DNA from: Eledone cirrhosa
Lineage: Eukaryota
Assembly: GCA_964016885.1 (NCBI GenBank)
Contig: OZ024743.1
Coordinates: 283,030,001 to 283,094,000 of the forward strand
Length of the DNA: 64,000 nucleotides
Reading direction: 5' to 3'
Below the pieces are notes generated by a model that was given only the letters and a program-made list of their open reading frames with translations, did no database searches and was not told the origin of the DNA. This document shows positions 45,852 through 58,934 of this stretch, one piece after another. A program made the translations under genes and the position numbers. Each line of letters opens with the position of its first letter. The stretch's first letter is position 1.

Positions 45852-46174
45852 CAGTGGTTACCAAACCGTGCACCGCGGCGCTCTGATGTGTCGTGAGATG
45901 TAACTAGATGCACCGCAAAAGACTAAGACTAAGTTTTAAGATGTGAAATATATTAACTTAAATTCGTACGAAAGTTCATATATAGCTGTCAAAGTGGCAA
46001 ACAAAGAAAGTTTAGTAACAAGATTTGCGAAAAATGGGGCAAGACTTTTAAATGTTTTGCTAATATGAATGAAAAACTCTTTTGAATAAATTTGCGATTT
46101 CATGGTACGAAGTGTGCCAGCATATTTTTACTTTTCAAAAATATGCCGGGAATAAAAAAGTTTGGGAACCACTG
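45852..46174. mobile_element. hAT/Charlie-like MITE
   Basis: cagtggttaccaaac / gtttgggaaccactg; flanks cactagtg and ctctaggg resemble a decayed 8-bp CTAG-centred TSD. Confidence 0.75.
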
Positions 46175-47294
46175 CTCTAGGGGGCACAACATGAGTGATA
46201 AGAGGAGTGCGTACGAATAAGTCGGGAATGCCTGCATTGAGGTTCCATGATGCTAGCCAGCTCTGGCATGACCATTGTAGTAACGGTGGAGAAAGCCGAG
46301 TGGGGAGACAAGTATATCTGCTCTGTATCAGTAGAGTGGCCTTTCTCTGTGTGCGGTCTTGGGTGTCTGTGTTTGTGCATCTGCAATATCATGCCAAATA
46401 TGGGAGCAGTGTTCCATTATGTCATCTAATCTGAGTTTTATAAAGGGTCAGAATTTTGTTTGTGTGTCTGTATGTGTGGGTGGTGGGGTGTAAGGAATAT
46501 TTTCTGGCTTGAGAAGGTCTTTGAGATGTGGTCCTAGCTATGTGCGATCGCTGTCTGAGATCCTCGGTGATTGTGTGAATATTCGTATGTAGAATATCCA
46601 TATGTATGCACGGTATTTTTTGGCAATATAGAACGCATGGCGCATAAGACGCACTCCTATTTCGAATAAAAATGTTAATATACTGCGAAATTACAATATA
46701 CATAGCTTCTATAATGTACATATTTATAATTTTTATATTCATACATTGACAGATTTTGACATCAAATTTGGTGTAAAAAAATTGCGGCTTATACACTGGA
46801 AAATACACTCTGTATGTATGTATTTATGTATGTATGTATGTTTCTTCTGGTTTTCTATTAAATTATTTAGCCAACGTCAACTAGGTAATCATGTATGCAT
46901 GGATGTATGGCTGTCCCTAATCATTAAGTCTTATCTGTTGAGCTTACATTTATTGGAGCTTTGACAGGAACAGCGCTTTACCAGTATTCTTTCGTATTAT
47001 GAGAGAGTATGCCCCCCACATCAGTGTACCTTTTTATATCTTTATCTTCGGGACTATACTTTTTACGGGGTTGCCATCATGCTTCATAAATAGATAGCAT
47101 CACGATAATATTTTAGACAGCTATTTATGTTGTAAGTGATATCTCCGGTGCTAATTATATAGAATTTTCATTGGTTGTCACCTCAAACTGTTTTACCTAC
47201 ATTCATGTCCTATTTTTCAGAGTGAGAGCTAATATACTTGTTTTTGGTTCAATATTAATGTTACTATCATTCTAAAGCTCACGGTGTTAAACAC

Positions 47295-47600
47295 CTCATC
47301 TGGGATGTCACATGCAGCGACACATTCTCCAGCGGCAACCTGGTGCAGTCTGCAACTAACCCAGGCTCTGCTGCACTTCGGGCCAAGAGGGTAAACTCTC
47401 CAATATCGGTCGCTCTCCGACAAGTTTGCTGTCGAGCTCGTGGTAGTGGATACTTCTGTTGTCCTTGGTCCTTGGGCCACCTCCTTGCTCACTGCCATCG
47501 GCACAGAGTTGGCTACCCGTAGATTTGAGCCTCGCGAGCTGGAATAGCTCTTCCAGGGCGTCGCCCTCACCTTTTCTATTCTGTCCGCCGAGGCTCGGGG
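47295..47600 (+). pseudogene. CRE-like non-LTR retrotransposon RLE-domain fragment
   Basis: LIWDVTCSDTFSSGNLVQSATNPGSAA...EPRE with an internal stop; homologous to 57190-57620. Confidence 0.65.
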
Positions 47601-48466
47601 AGGCCACTTCGTGGGTCTCCATTTACTCATAATAGTGAGAGATGGGAACAGCGGGAGCGTCGGAGGAAGTGACAGTTGGAGTTTGGTTCCTTTGTGTTCA
47701 CACCTGTTATATATGTATATGTTTCACGGACACACACTCACACTTAAATGTATATCGTCTGTTATTAGACGATTCATCTCTACATATGCATTCATAACCT
47801 TCTGCTGATAAGCAGAACGACTTTCGCCTGCTGATCAGTTGCTGTTCAACTGTGCAATTTCCCTGAGTGTTTATGGTCATCAGTCAGGAAATACTTTCTG
47901 AGGAGGTTTTTCAATCTTCATGATGGCGTTTGCCTCATGTATACATACTTGATCCAAGCACTTCGGCGTTTGGTGGTTAGCAGATGTTATCGAAACATCA
48001 TTCAAAGCTTGTTTAGATCGGTGTTATGCTTTTGTGTTTATTTTTTATTCTTTTTTATTGATTTGTTATTATTTTCTTTTTGGTTTTCGTTTTATATAGA
48101 GTTGACCTATGCCAAGGTTGATGTGGAAATTTCTGATGTTGTTTAATAGATTTGGGAGTTTTAACATCAATGGCCGAGATCATATCTAGCATCAAATCAA
48201 GAAAACCAAATGCTGGCATGCGTACTTGTACAGTAAACACATTCTGGGTCACTGATTAATTGTATGCAGAGAGGTTTGGGGGCCATGTATTTTCATACGG
48301 CGTTACATTTCACGGTAACGTATTCATTGTTACAATTCTATCATATATATATTTTCACCCATCCCAAAGCACTTGTAGCATTCCTCGTCAAATATCGAAG
48401 TCAAGACATTGATAGTGATCTTGTTGAACGGGCTTGTGCTTTTCTCTCATTTTACAATCAGGTTGA

Positions 48467-48497
<31 letters not shown>

Positions 48498-48631
48498 TGT
48501 ATGTATGTATGTATGTATGTATGTATGGTCGGAGTGGAGGGGGCCAGCGGGATCATGCCCCCCCCCTAATTATATTTTCTCCCCAAACTGCCAAAACACA
48601 CCCCTATTTTTATAGGTGCTACAATTTATGT

Positions 48632-48996
48632 AGATGTAGATATAGAGAGGGTGAGGATTTGGTGTTAATTGATATAGAGAGGGGAAGAGTTTGGTGTTAA
48701 TAGATATAGAAATGGGTTTTGGAAGAGAGTTTCGTGTAGTAGATATAGAGAGGGGGAGAGTTTGGTGTTAATTGATAAAAAGAGGGGGTTGCGGGAGTGT
48801 GTTGTATAGTTGATTTGGAGAGGGGAAGAGTTTGGTTGTAATGAATAGAGTGAGAGGATTGATAGAGATAGGTATTGATATATATATAGAGGGGGAGAAA
48901 GTTTTGTAGTGATGGATAGAGTGAGAAGGAATGAGAGAGAGAGTATTGTATGGTAGATATAGAGAGGGGGAGAGTTTGGTGTTAATTAATATAGAT
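48632..48996. repeat. Degenerate purine-rich minisatellite
   Basis: Recurring gatatagagaggggragagtttggtgttaatt-like units. Confidence 0.75.
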
Positions 48997-49234
48997 TTCT
49001 ATTTATTTGCCACCCGGGCATCAAACATTGGGACAAATACAAAGGGGGGAGTTTACATACATTTAAAAAGACGTGTAAAAAACATATAACAAATTAAATT
49101 TAACAATCGATGTCCTCAATAGGGAGGGGCGTTGACATGGGTCGCACACACCCCCGAAAAAATGTGCAACCCTCCTCTTCAGGAGCACAAAGAGCGGGTG
49201 CTTCTTTCCTCTTCTCATTCTTCTCCTCTCTCAC

Positions 49235-52200
49235 CTACAAGCTGATATAGAGAGAAGGCCCATTCACTCGGGCCATTCTCGCTACTTTCACCCATCTTTC
49301 ATAAAACTTGCTGGGGTAGAGCACCTCTCTCTCCATTCTGATCCTTCTTCTAAAGTGGTACTTGAAAAAAAAGACCAGTTGTTGGCCGGATAGAAAGGTG
49401 TCTGACCTCAGCCCTTTCAACCTTGTCCACCATACAACTTCTTTCGCCATGGCTATTACACAGAGGAAAACCGCCTCTCCTTCGTTTTTGAAAGGGGGAG
49501 GCGGTTTGATCGTGACAATGTTCTCGGTGGTCAACCGGATTGGTCCCACACGCGACAGTAGTCGTTCCACATAGCCCCACAGGTCAGCAACGCCCGGGCA
49601 GTGTACGAATGCGTGTGCGACGGTTTCCTCGTCACGCACGCATCTCGGACAGATCTTCTTCGAGGGGTCCCTACCCGGGCGCCCGTGTCCGTAGAGCTTG
49701 TCCCGAACGGGTAGAGCTCCTCGGTAACATTGCCAAGCCAGGGACTTTTGGAAGTTGTCCATCGGTCCCGGGCCAAACGTCCTACCGAACAGACTGGCCA
49801 GCTCGTCTTCCTCCATGCCCAGAGCCTCTCCGAGAGCGTCGTCGCACTTACTGCGCACCAACCCACTATAGAATGTTGAGGTTGAGTCTCCACTGATTGC
49901 CGGATCTGCTTGCCAAAGGGCCGTGAGCGCCTGGGCACATTCAATGTCGCCCACTTTTCTCGGTCTTTGCTTGACCCAGGATTGCAGCTCGGTGAGTGAG
50001 ACGAGTCTCGGAAAGGCTCGCCTCACAAACAGGGCCCACACCGGCTGACCGGTGAGGAATACCTGGAGGTGCCGTAGCCTTAATGCGTGTCTACGCATCG
50101 TCAGCCACGGCATCCCCAGCCCCCCGTTCGAAGGGTGTTGACAGCAGATGGATCTTCTTACCAAAGGAGCCCGCTTCTTCCAAAGAAATCGGAAGAGCGC
50201 GCGCTCCATTTTGGCGAGTGTTTTCTCTGGGCAAGGCACGACGGTCAAGCGATAGTAGATGACGGACGCTATATAAGCGTTCTCCACCTCCGCTCGACCT
50301 TTCAGGGATAGTTTGCACTCGGCCCACTTCTGGGCGAGTGCAAACACCTTGCCCGTTACCTCGTCCCAGTTTTTCTCCACCTGGAGGTCCGGTCCGAACC
50401 AGACCCCGAGCATCTTCACCGGTCCCTCCGTCCAGCGTCCGACGATGCCGTCGGAGGGCATCGTTTTGCCCCTCCACGTCCTGAGTTGCAAACCGACGGA
50501 CTTGTCCCGGTTCAGCTTGGCTCCTGTGAACCTTTCATATTCCTCCAGTAAGGTGCCGATCTGCCCGATTTCCGAGGCGCACGACACCATTACTGTCACG
50601 TCATCGGCGTAGGCCGACACCCCTTTCCGCAATCCCGGTTCCAAGGGGATGCCCTGCAACAGCTCTAGCTTCCGCAGTAGTGGCTCGAGAGCCAGCACAT
50701 ACAGGAGGGAGGAGAGAGGGCATCCCTGTCGGATGAATCGCGTGATTTGGAACGGCTCCGAGAGGTAGCTGTTCACCTTGACCCTCGAGCAGGTGTTGCT
50801 GCTGTGCATTGCAGCAATCCAGCCCCTGAAAACGGGTCCGAAGCCTGCCGCCGCGAGCACCGCATCCAGGTACCGATGGTCAACCCTATCGAACGCCTTA
50901 GATTGATCCAAGTTGATCAGGACCCCACCAAAGCCGGGTTCGTTCCCTACCCTCTCTACGATGTATCGCATGAGGTGGAGGTTGTCGTGTATGGACCTCG
51001 ACGGGATTGCGCATGTCTGCGCTTCTCCCACCAGGTTCCCGACGACAAGCGCCAACCTCTTCGCTAACACCTTGGCCAAAATCTTTAACTCTGCGTTTAG
51101 CAGAGTTATGGACCTGAAGTTATCTATGTCATCCCCCTTGTTCTCGTCCTTCTTCACCAGCGTGACTACGCCCTTGGTCACAGAACTGGGAATTCTCCCG
51201 TTCTGTTGCCAGTTGCAGTAGACCGCCTCGAGGAGACCGAAGAACAAGCCCGGCATCGCAACATAAAGTTCGTATGGTAGACCATCGAGACCCGGAGATT
51301 TGCGTTTGCCGCATTGGCTCAGCGCTTCCCCTATTTCAGCGGCTGAAATCGGCTTCTCGCAGGACTTCGCCTCCCCGTCCGAGAGCCGCGCCAGACCGTC
51401 GAGGTATGGACCGAAATCCATGGCCCCACCCGGCCCGCCGCTCCTCCCGAACAGTCGTGCAAAGCGCCGTTGAAAGGCCGCGCTCATCCGCTCAGGTTCA
51501 AGGATCACGCGTCCATCCTGGTCCTTCAAAGACCGAATCGTGGACTTGTTTCCACTTTTTGCCTCTGTCACTCGGGCCCAGCTAACAGCTTTGGCTCCCT
51601 CGTTACCCAGAGCACGTATTTTACTCCTGACAACGCAGCCCTCGTGCTTCGCATCAAAGAACTGGTCTAGGGCTGTTCTTGACGCCAGCACGCCGGCCAC
51701 TTTGCCACTCCTAATCGCCTCTTCTACTTTATTTGTTAATTCCCTTTCAGTTCTATTCCTATCTGATGCTAATTCCCGACTAAAACCTATCGATTCTATT
51801 CTAATTTCTCTCTTGAGAGAGCCCCACCACCTGCTGTTGACAATTGCCCCCGTCAAACGCTACTTAACTGGTGTGCTAATCCGCTTACTGTAAGCTTTGT
51901 TTGTCGGTAAAGACAAGTTTAGCTTCCAGTAACCGGGTCCCTGTCTATGCGTTCTATCAAGGTTGACCACTCCGGTCACCAACTTGTGATCCGAATAGTC
52001 AACCATGAACATTCGTGGACAGCTTAATATGTCCCTATCCTTATTTATAACTAGGAACCTATCTAGGTACGACCTAGATGTTTCGCTGCGATTACTCCAC
52101 GTTCACCGTGGCACAGTCGGAAAATCTAGTCGATATCTATCGGCCGATTAATCGTTTGAGGCTGTTACACCCCCCTCTATCGGGACATGCCCCTACATAG

Positions 52201-52651
52201 TCCCAACGTGCATCCAGGATACCATTCCAGTCCCCCACTAAAAGCAAGGAGCGAGACGTTCCCAGGAAATTCTCCAGGCGTCGGAAGAAGTCCGGTCGTG
52301 GTGTCCCAGATGGGGCATACGCTGCCACCAGCCTGAAAGCTCCACCTTCACCACTGCCGACGTCTAAAACCACCAGTCGACCCTCCGGGTCCAGGTGTAC
52401 CTTCTGTGTGGCAAAACCCAGGTATTTTCGCAGCAGAACGACAACCCCACCCCACCCCTCGGCTGACAGAGAGATGCGTAGATCTCAAAGTCGTCGAAGA
52501 TGGGGGCCAGTTGGCGCTCGCTGCTGATCCTGGACTCGCAAATAACCATTACATCCACTCTGTGCGACCTGAGGTCATTTAAGAGTTTGCCCTGTTTCCA
52601 GGACATCCCCAGGCCGCGTGCATTCACACATCCAGCTCTTATATTGGCCAT
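49235..52651 (-). pseudogene. Tx1/L1 ORF2 (APE endonuclease, RT, C-terminal Cys motif)
   Basis: NARG, GDWN, SDHKLV, YWKLN, SPGLDG, DQSKAFD, RQGCPLS, YADD and CPRC..H...HC. Frameshift near 52450 and stops near 52137 and 52103; 49235-51856 is open. Confidence 0.92.
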
Positions 52652-52689
52652 GTTGGTGCTGAAGAGTTAAAAAGGAAGAGGAAAGGAAA

Positions 52690-54494
52690 TTACTTACCTC
52701 TTCGTCTCCTGGGGACCAGACTGCACAATTTCCATGGGGGTGTTGGAAGGGTTGTTTGGTGGGGTGGTGGTTTGTGGTGGGGTGAGGACATCAGAGTGTG
52801 GTGGGATTAGGGTGTTTGGTGGGGTGTGGGTGTCTGGTGTGGGGTGGGGAAACATCTCAATAGGACGCTGTTATGTGGTTTGGTGCAGTTGGTCCCCACA
52901 TGCATTGGATGGTTCTTTTTCAAAGTTACATAGGTTTCCGTTGGGACCCTAATCATCATTAGGTGCGGTTTGTTCGCTGCGTAGGTGAAAGTGATCCCTT
53001 CGGTTTCCACCGAAGGGTTATTTTCTATCGCTTTCATCAACGTTTTATTGTTCTTGTTAATGTATGTATAGAGTTTTTTTTGTGTTGTGTTTGTTTTTGT
53101 TTGTTGTTCTTGTGCGTGTTTGCGTTTTGTAGTACGTGTTATGTTTTGGGGAGGGGTGGTTTTTTATTTGTGATGTTTGTTCTGTTTGTGCTGGTGGTTG
53201 TGTGTTTGTGGCATTTTTGTTAATGTGGTGCCTTTTTTTTTTCCTTTTCACCTGTTGACAGGGTTCTCCCTCGTCGTCACTGGGTGACGTTGATACGGAG
53301 TCCTCTTCCGTGTTGTTGGGGAGGGGTATATTTTGGGGTTTTGTTGTGGTTGCTTTTGTATTTGTTTTAGGTGGGGAGGGGTTGGGTGGAACAGTGTTTT
53401 GTGTAGTTATTTTTCCGTGTTGTTGTTGTTGTTGTTGTTGTTGTGGTGGTGGTGGTTGTGTTGTTGTGTCGGGGTTGGCAGAAGAGCCTTTTTTTTTTTA
53501 CTCGTTAATTGAGGACAGGCAGCCCTCAGGTGACCTCTGCTTAAGCAGTGGTAACATGACAGCCGCCTTCCCTCCACTGAAATGTTTATATAAGTTAGCC
53601 CGTCCAGAGGCACGCGTTGTGGGATATTTGCTATTCGTTCTGGGCTCATTTGCACCAGAACTTCTACGCTGGTCCCACCAAATACACATCCGGAGGACTT
53701 TCCTATTGAAATTATCTTGTCTTCGTCAAAGTCAATGATTCCACATAGTATCCACCAAATATTTACATTTGGTGTGATACTCATTATTTTTATTCTTTGT
53801 GTCCTTTTCCCCTGTATGTGGGGAAAAGGGTGAAGCGGGGGGACACAATGGGTGATACCGAGTACTTTTGAGCTGTTGACTGGTTGTTCATTAGCACCGA
53901 AATGCTACCAAACAGTTTACCTTTTTGTATGAACGTTAAGTCCTTCATTGCATCTTTTAGAACCTGCTCAATTTCATTTTGTGATAATTGAGCTGGTTTT
54001 CTTGTTTCGTTCGATATTGTCCTGAAAACCACAGTTTTCAGGACAGCCTCTCTACGTAATTCCTGTGGAGAATTGATGCTAAAAGCACCGTTTTCGCCAA
54101 AAGTCACGAATTGTTTTGCGTCTTGTAATAGTTGTTTAGCATTTGTTATGTCTATTGGCGTGTATAGTTCGTTTTTTTTTACAGTCTGTGCGAATGTTGT
54201 TTTGGTGTTGTTGTCTTTTTTATTGCTGTCACTGTTGGTAATATTGTTCATGTTTTCCTTGGTGTTGCTATTGTTGCAGTTGTTGGTTGTGTTGTTATTG
54301 TCATTGTTCTTGTTGTTGGTGCTGGTATTATTTACCGGGTTTGGTTTCGTGGTTTCAATATTTTTAACGTTTTTCGATAATGCGAGGAGGGAAGGCTGCA
54401 AGCTTTGTACTCCTACCTTCCCTCCACCACTTCTCTTAGTGGGCGTGGCACTCACGACAGTGTGCGAGGTGGAAATGGCATCCATTTCCACCAA
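52690..54494 (-). pseudogene. Tx1/L1 ORF1 (gag-like), frameshifted
   Basis: CYHCLSRGHLRAAC zinc knuckle; split across several frames. Confidence 0.8.
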
Positions 54495-54854
54495 GTCTAC
54501 ACAGTTTTGAGATGAAAATGAAAATTTCGCCCCAGAAAGGGGCGAAAATTAGTTGACTCAACGTCTGACGGCCCAGGCAAGGGGTTAAACTAAACAATGT
54601 TATTAAATTGAGCAATAAACTCAGTTTTTTTGACAATAATCCGTAAAAGTCCGGAGCAAAGTAATTCACGTCTATATCAAGTGCTAATTGATATAGAGAG
54701 CTTCTCAATCTCAGGCTGAATTGCAAGAATAATTCTTAGATCTCCACGCCTCCTTTTTCTCTACCCCCCCCCCCCCCACACGCACCAAGCGCCCCTTGGA
54801 CCTTCTCAACGCCTGCGGTGGGCGGTAGCGCCCACTTTGAGAACCTCTGTTCTA

Positions 54855-55445
54855 GATAGAAACCGACAACTTGCAGTGTTTGATCTTGGGACTTGTTAAT
54901 AGTCATTGTGTAACTAACTTTCACTGGGAATTGCAATCGTTTAAACGAAAAGAGAACATATGTTGGTATTAGCAGTATTCTAGTTATAAATACGATGTCT
55001 CCCTTATGATATCCAGTGAAGATTTCGGTTTCGATAATGTAGTTCAGTCATAACCATATGCATCCCATTGCACAATCATAGCTGATCCAGGTTTCTGAGA
55101 AGCGTGGTGACTGTGCACTTCTTCAATTCACGGTTATGTGGCAGCATATCTGATGATTCCTGACTGTTGAGAAATTCAAAGGAATAATGAACTGTTTCGT
55201 CCTCCTCGGCAACTTTGTCGATAGATTTATAGGTCTGGCTACCTCTAGGCATCATTTGTGAAAGATTTGTGTTGACAGCATTCACTGTGATGTTTTGGGG
55301 AGCAGGGATTGCTCTTTCACACAGTCACTCCTCGTTGGAATGGTGGATTTCGAAATTAGGGAACACTTAATTAATTAAGCTTGCAACGCTTTTTACAACA
55401 GTATAAAAGGATGAAGGATGAAGGATCAAAACATCCTTCAGTATC
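54855..55445 (-). pseudogene. Helitron RepHel PIF1-helicase C-terminal fragment
   Basis: EFLNS...LPH...LLRNL and FKRLQFPVKVSYTMTINKSQDQTL. Confidence 0.85.
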
Positions 55446-55529
55446 AAGGGATTACTTTTCTATAAATCTAAACAGCCCGCCTCTGTTATTCACACTCTGA
55501 GACTGGGAAATATCGAGGGTTCTCCTCCT

Positions 55530-55905
55530 CAATTCAGTTTTCGGAGAAGAAGGCGATTGCAAGCAAGTCGGAGGTCAGATTAATTGAAAACACGAAAAAA
55601 ACAAGGAAAAACAATTTTCACGATCACCAGCAGGTGCTTTTCTATAAATTTATACGAATGAGAAGTGCTTAGCTGTAACTCTGAGGGTCATCCTCACTCA
55701 CTGCATCCGTTTTCAGGAAAAGGAGTCGTTGGCGAGTGGGTCGGATCTCAGATCGTTCGAAAGCAAACGAATAAACCTTGAAAAGAAAAAAATTCCCATT
55801 GAAGAAAATCCGAGCGTCCCGTTCCCTGCGCATCCATTCCGTTTTCGGAGCAAAAATCGATCGCGATCACGTCGGAGGTCAGATTAGCTGAAAACACACG
55901 GAAAA
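55530..55905 (-). repeat. Sub-repeat array related to 2160-2625
   Basis: gtcggaggtcagatta..tgaaaacac units. Confidence 0.55.
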
Positions 55906-56013
55906 CCTTAATTATTACTAATTTTATTTAGTGTTATTTAGCGGTCAACGTACAAACAAACTGTCTTTTTATAAATATTGTAGATATATATACGCGTGTC
56001 TGCGTGCGAGTGT

Positions 56014-56046
<33 letters not shown>

Positions 56047-56091
56047 CATATAAAAAAAGAAAATATTTTCCCTCGACATGGCTGAATACAA

Positions 56092-56552
56092 TAAATGTAA
56101 TCTGAGTTTTTCGAATATTAATAATTGTTTCTACTTTTGGCACAAGGCCAGCAATTACCCAATGCATTACTGGTACTTTATTCTATCGACCCCGGAAGGA
56201 TGAAAGGCAAAGTTAACCTCGGCGTTTAACATTCGATTCGTTTGCAATTATGCAAACAAGCCTCAATTTTATAGCCACGTCAGTATAATGAACACTTCAT
56301 TCTTGCTCTTGTGTTGGCATGTGAACAGAACTGCAGACACTAATGTTTCTGGGTATCACCCTTCATCAGTACAGCTCACTGTTCACCTGCCTAAACTGTC
56401 CGAGCTAGTGAAAATATATGGATTTATATTTTCAAAAGAGCAAGAATGAAGGGTTCATTCTACTGACATGGCTATAAAATTGAGGCTTGTTTGCATAATT
56501 GCAAACGAATCGAATGTTATTATTAATATTCTAAAAACTCAGATTACATTTA
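56092..56552. repeat. Inverted repeat (~115 bp arms) with a SINE fragment in the left arm and a hammerhead in the spacer
   Basis: Left arm 56092-56125 plus 56228-56310 pairs with right arm 56437-56552; SINE piece at about 56122-56224. Confidence 0.85.
56317..56390 (-). ncRNA. Type I hammerhead ribozyme with extended stem I
   Basis: gtgaacag..gctgta-CTGATGA-agggtgataccca-GAAA-cattagtg-TC-tgcagt..ctgttcac. Confidence 0.85.
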
Positions 56553-56655
56553 TATATATACATACATATATATGTCTCTCTCTCTTCTCTCTCTCACTAC
56601 CTCTTTTTCTCGCTGTCTCTCTGGTATCTATCTCTCTGTTGGTATATATAGACAG

Positions 56656-56729
<74 letters not shown>

Positions 56730-57189
56730 TATATAGAGAGAAAGACGCGTATATACAGGTAGAGAGATAGAGAGAAGTTGCGAGAGAAAGCGAAAGAGAT
56801 AATGAGGGTCATAAAGAGAGAGAAACATAGAAAGAGATAGACAGAGAGCCATTGAGATAGAGATAAATAGAGTGATATAGAGAGATATAGATAGAGAGAA
56901 ATTGTATAAACCACCAAGAGTATCTGCCAGAGAGTCACTGTGCTAGAAAAAGCAGTACCCCACCCCAGTTCTGTTTTCGGAGAAAAAAAATCAACGTAGC
57001 CCCAGAACCTGAGCAGGCTCTGGCTTCTGTCCCCGAGTATCAAATGTCCAACGTAACATGGACGACATCGGGCAGGTCTTCATTCAGACCTGATCGAGTC
57101 TGGCTTGGACCAACGCCGCCTCCGATTCGCTTCCTAGCCAAACAGCGTGGCTCAATTAGGTGCGCTCATCAACTAATACTTTTCTTGAT

Positions 57190-57620
57190 GACGACATATT
57201 GAGAAGAAGCCTGGATGCAGCTGGCTTCCCATCACAACTTTACCCAAGCAGGAGACGGCAAGCACCCCGATGGAATTACCCTCTTCCCATTCAAAGGAGG
57301 TAGATCCTTCATCTGGGACGCCACATATTTTGACACAATCTCTGCCTCCAACTTAGTCGGTTCGGCCACCAACCCCGGTACCGCAGAGGGCTGGAAGACA
57401 GCAAATAACGCGGCTTGTCTGGCCGCTTCCTCTCCGCACCGGTCGCCGTTGACACCCCAGGCGTCCTCGGACACTGTAATACCGAACTTTCCCGTAAAAT
57501 TGGATCGTCAACAGCCTGTCCGAGGAAAGAATCCCGTGAAGTGGGGGTGACTGTTGCAGCCATTGCCCGCTGAAATGCCTTTGAAATTTTGTCCGTGGGG
57601 CGAAGACGAAACACCCCAGG
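57190..57620 (+). pseudogene. CRE-like non-LTR retrotransposon RLE-domain fragment
   Basis: DGKHPDGITLFPFKGGRSFIWDATYFDT...SATNPG. Confidence 0.72.
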
Positions 57621-57708
57621 CATAAAGCCTATCACCTTCTCCCCTTCTTCCGTGGCCTCGTAGTCCTTGCTTTTTCCCTTACTTAACATAAATATTCATC
57701 ATATTATT

Positions 57709-57850
57709 AGTTCAAATCCCACTGAGGTTAGCTTTGCCTTTCATGCTTACGGGGTCGATAAATGAAGTACCAGTAATGCACTGGGGTCGGTTTAATCGAC
57801 TTTCGCCTCCGCTTCAAATTGCTGGCCTTGTGCCTATAGTAGAAACAATA
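57709..57850 (+). mobile_element. 5'-truncated Nin-domain SINE
   Basis: Homology to the family. Confidence 0.8.
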
Positions 57851-58250
57851 TTATTAAGTGAATAACAAACCGATAGTGGTTCGAATGCACATGGGATATA
57901 TAATATATGTAAAGCATTATGCGCTTAAAATGTGTGTGTGTGTGTGTACAGCCGTACACATACATATAGCGGTATATATACACATTACGTACATATAGGA
58001 TATACATCTCAGACGCACATTGAGTGAATACACACGCACACACGTCAACCCTATGCTACAGCAGAAGACATTCATCCAAAGGGACTTACAGTGGGATCGA
58101 ACCTCGAATCGTGTGCTGTAAAAACAAATATGCACTGTTGACACAGGGTGCCCTACAAATCTCAATAGTTTCAAGGGAGATAATCAAGAAGAAAGGAAAG
58201 CAAGAGTAACCTCCTATTAAAGCTTTTTGCTTTTTTGAACATATATATAT

Positions 58251-58613
58251 ATACGATATTAACAAATGGAAACTATATTTATAAAACCATATTTATTTCA
58301 TTATACATATTTCAAGGACACCAAGTTAAATTATGGTGTGCTTTCATCAGATAAAATATAATATAGAGCAGTTTTATAAATAAATATTGACATACCCTTA
58401 AAGAATGCAACCATTACTGTTGGAAGCTCCCGGATAGTCACGGTAGACTATCCGGGAGCTTCCAACAGTAATGGCAATATTTATTTATAAAACTGCTCTA
58501 TATTATATTTTATCTGATGAAAGCACACCATAATTTAACTTGGTGTCCTTGAAATATGTATAATGAAATAAATATGGTTTTATAAATATAGTTTCCATTT
58601 GTTAATATCGTAT
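58251..58613. repeat. Long palindrome (139 bp identical outer arms plus 29 bp inner hairpin) with two hammerheads
   Basis: 58251-58389 pairs with 58475-58613; 58411-58439 pairs with 58446-58474; 21-nt one-sided bulge. Confidence 0.92.
58506..58570 (+). ncRNA. Minimal hammerhead ribozyme (mirror copy at 58294-58358, minus strand)
   Basis: tattttat-CTGATGA-aagcacacca..tggtgtcctt-GAAA-tatgta-TA-atgaaata. Confidence 0.85.
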
Positions 58614-58697
58614 TTTTACTCCAATTATTTGTTGAGTGCTTTATATTAGTTATAAAAATATTTGCTTGTTGTATCCCAACAATTTAAATAGAACTTC

Positions 58698-58746
<49 letters not shown>

Positions 58747-58750
<4 letters not shown>

Positions 58751-58934
58751 GTTTCTACATTTGGCACAAGGCCAGCAATTACCCAGTGCATTACTGGTAC
58801 TTTATTTTATCGACCCCGTAAGGATGAAAAGCAAAGTTAACCTCGGCGGGGTTTGAACTCAAACGTAAAGGGACATAACTCTATGCTGGAAAGCATGGCG
58901 TCCGACTCTCTACCGATACTGCCAATCCACCACC
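58747..58934 (-). mobile_element. Nin-domain SINE
   Basis: Full-length homology to the family. Confidence 0.85.

Larger units (their letters stand above)
48997..54735 (-). mobile_element. Near full-length Tx1/L1-clade LINE
   Basis: ORF1 with CCHC knuckle, ORF2 with APE endonuclease and RT, and AATAAA near 49000. Confidence 0.9.
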
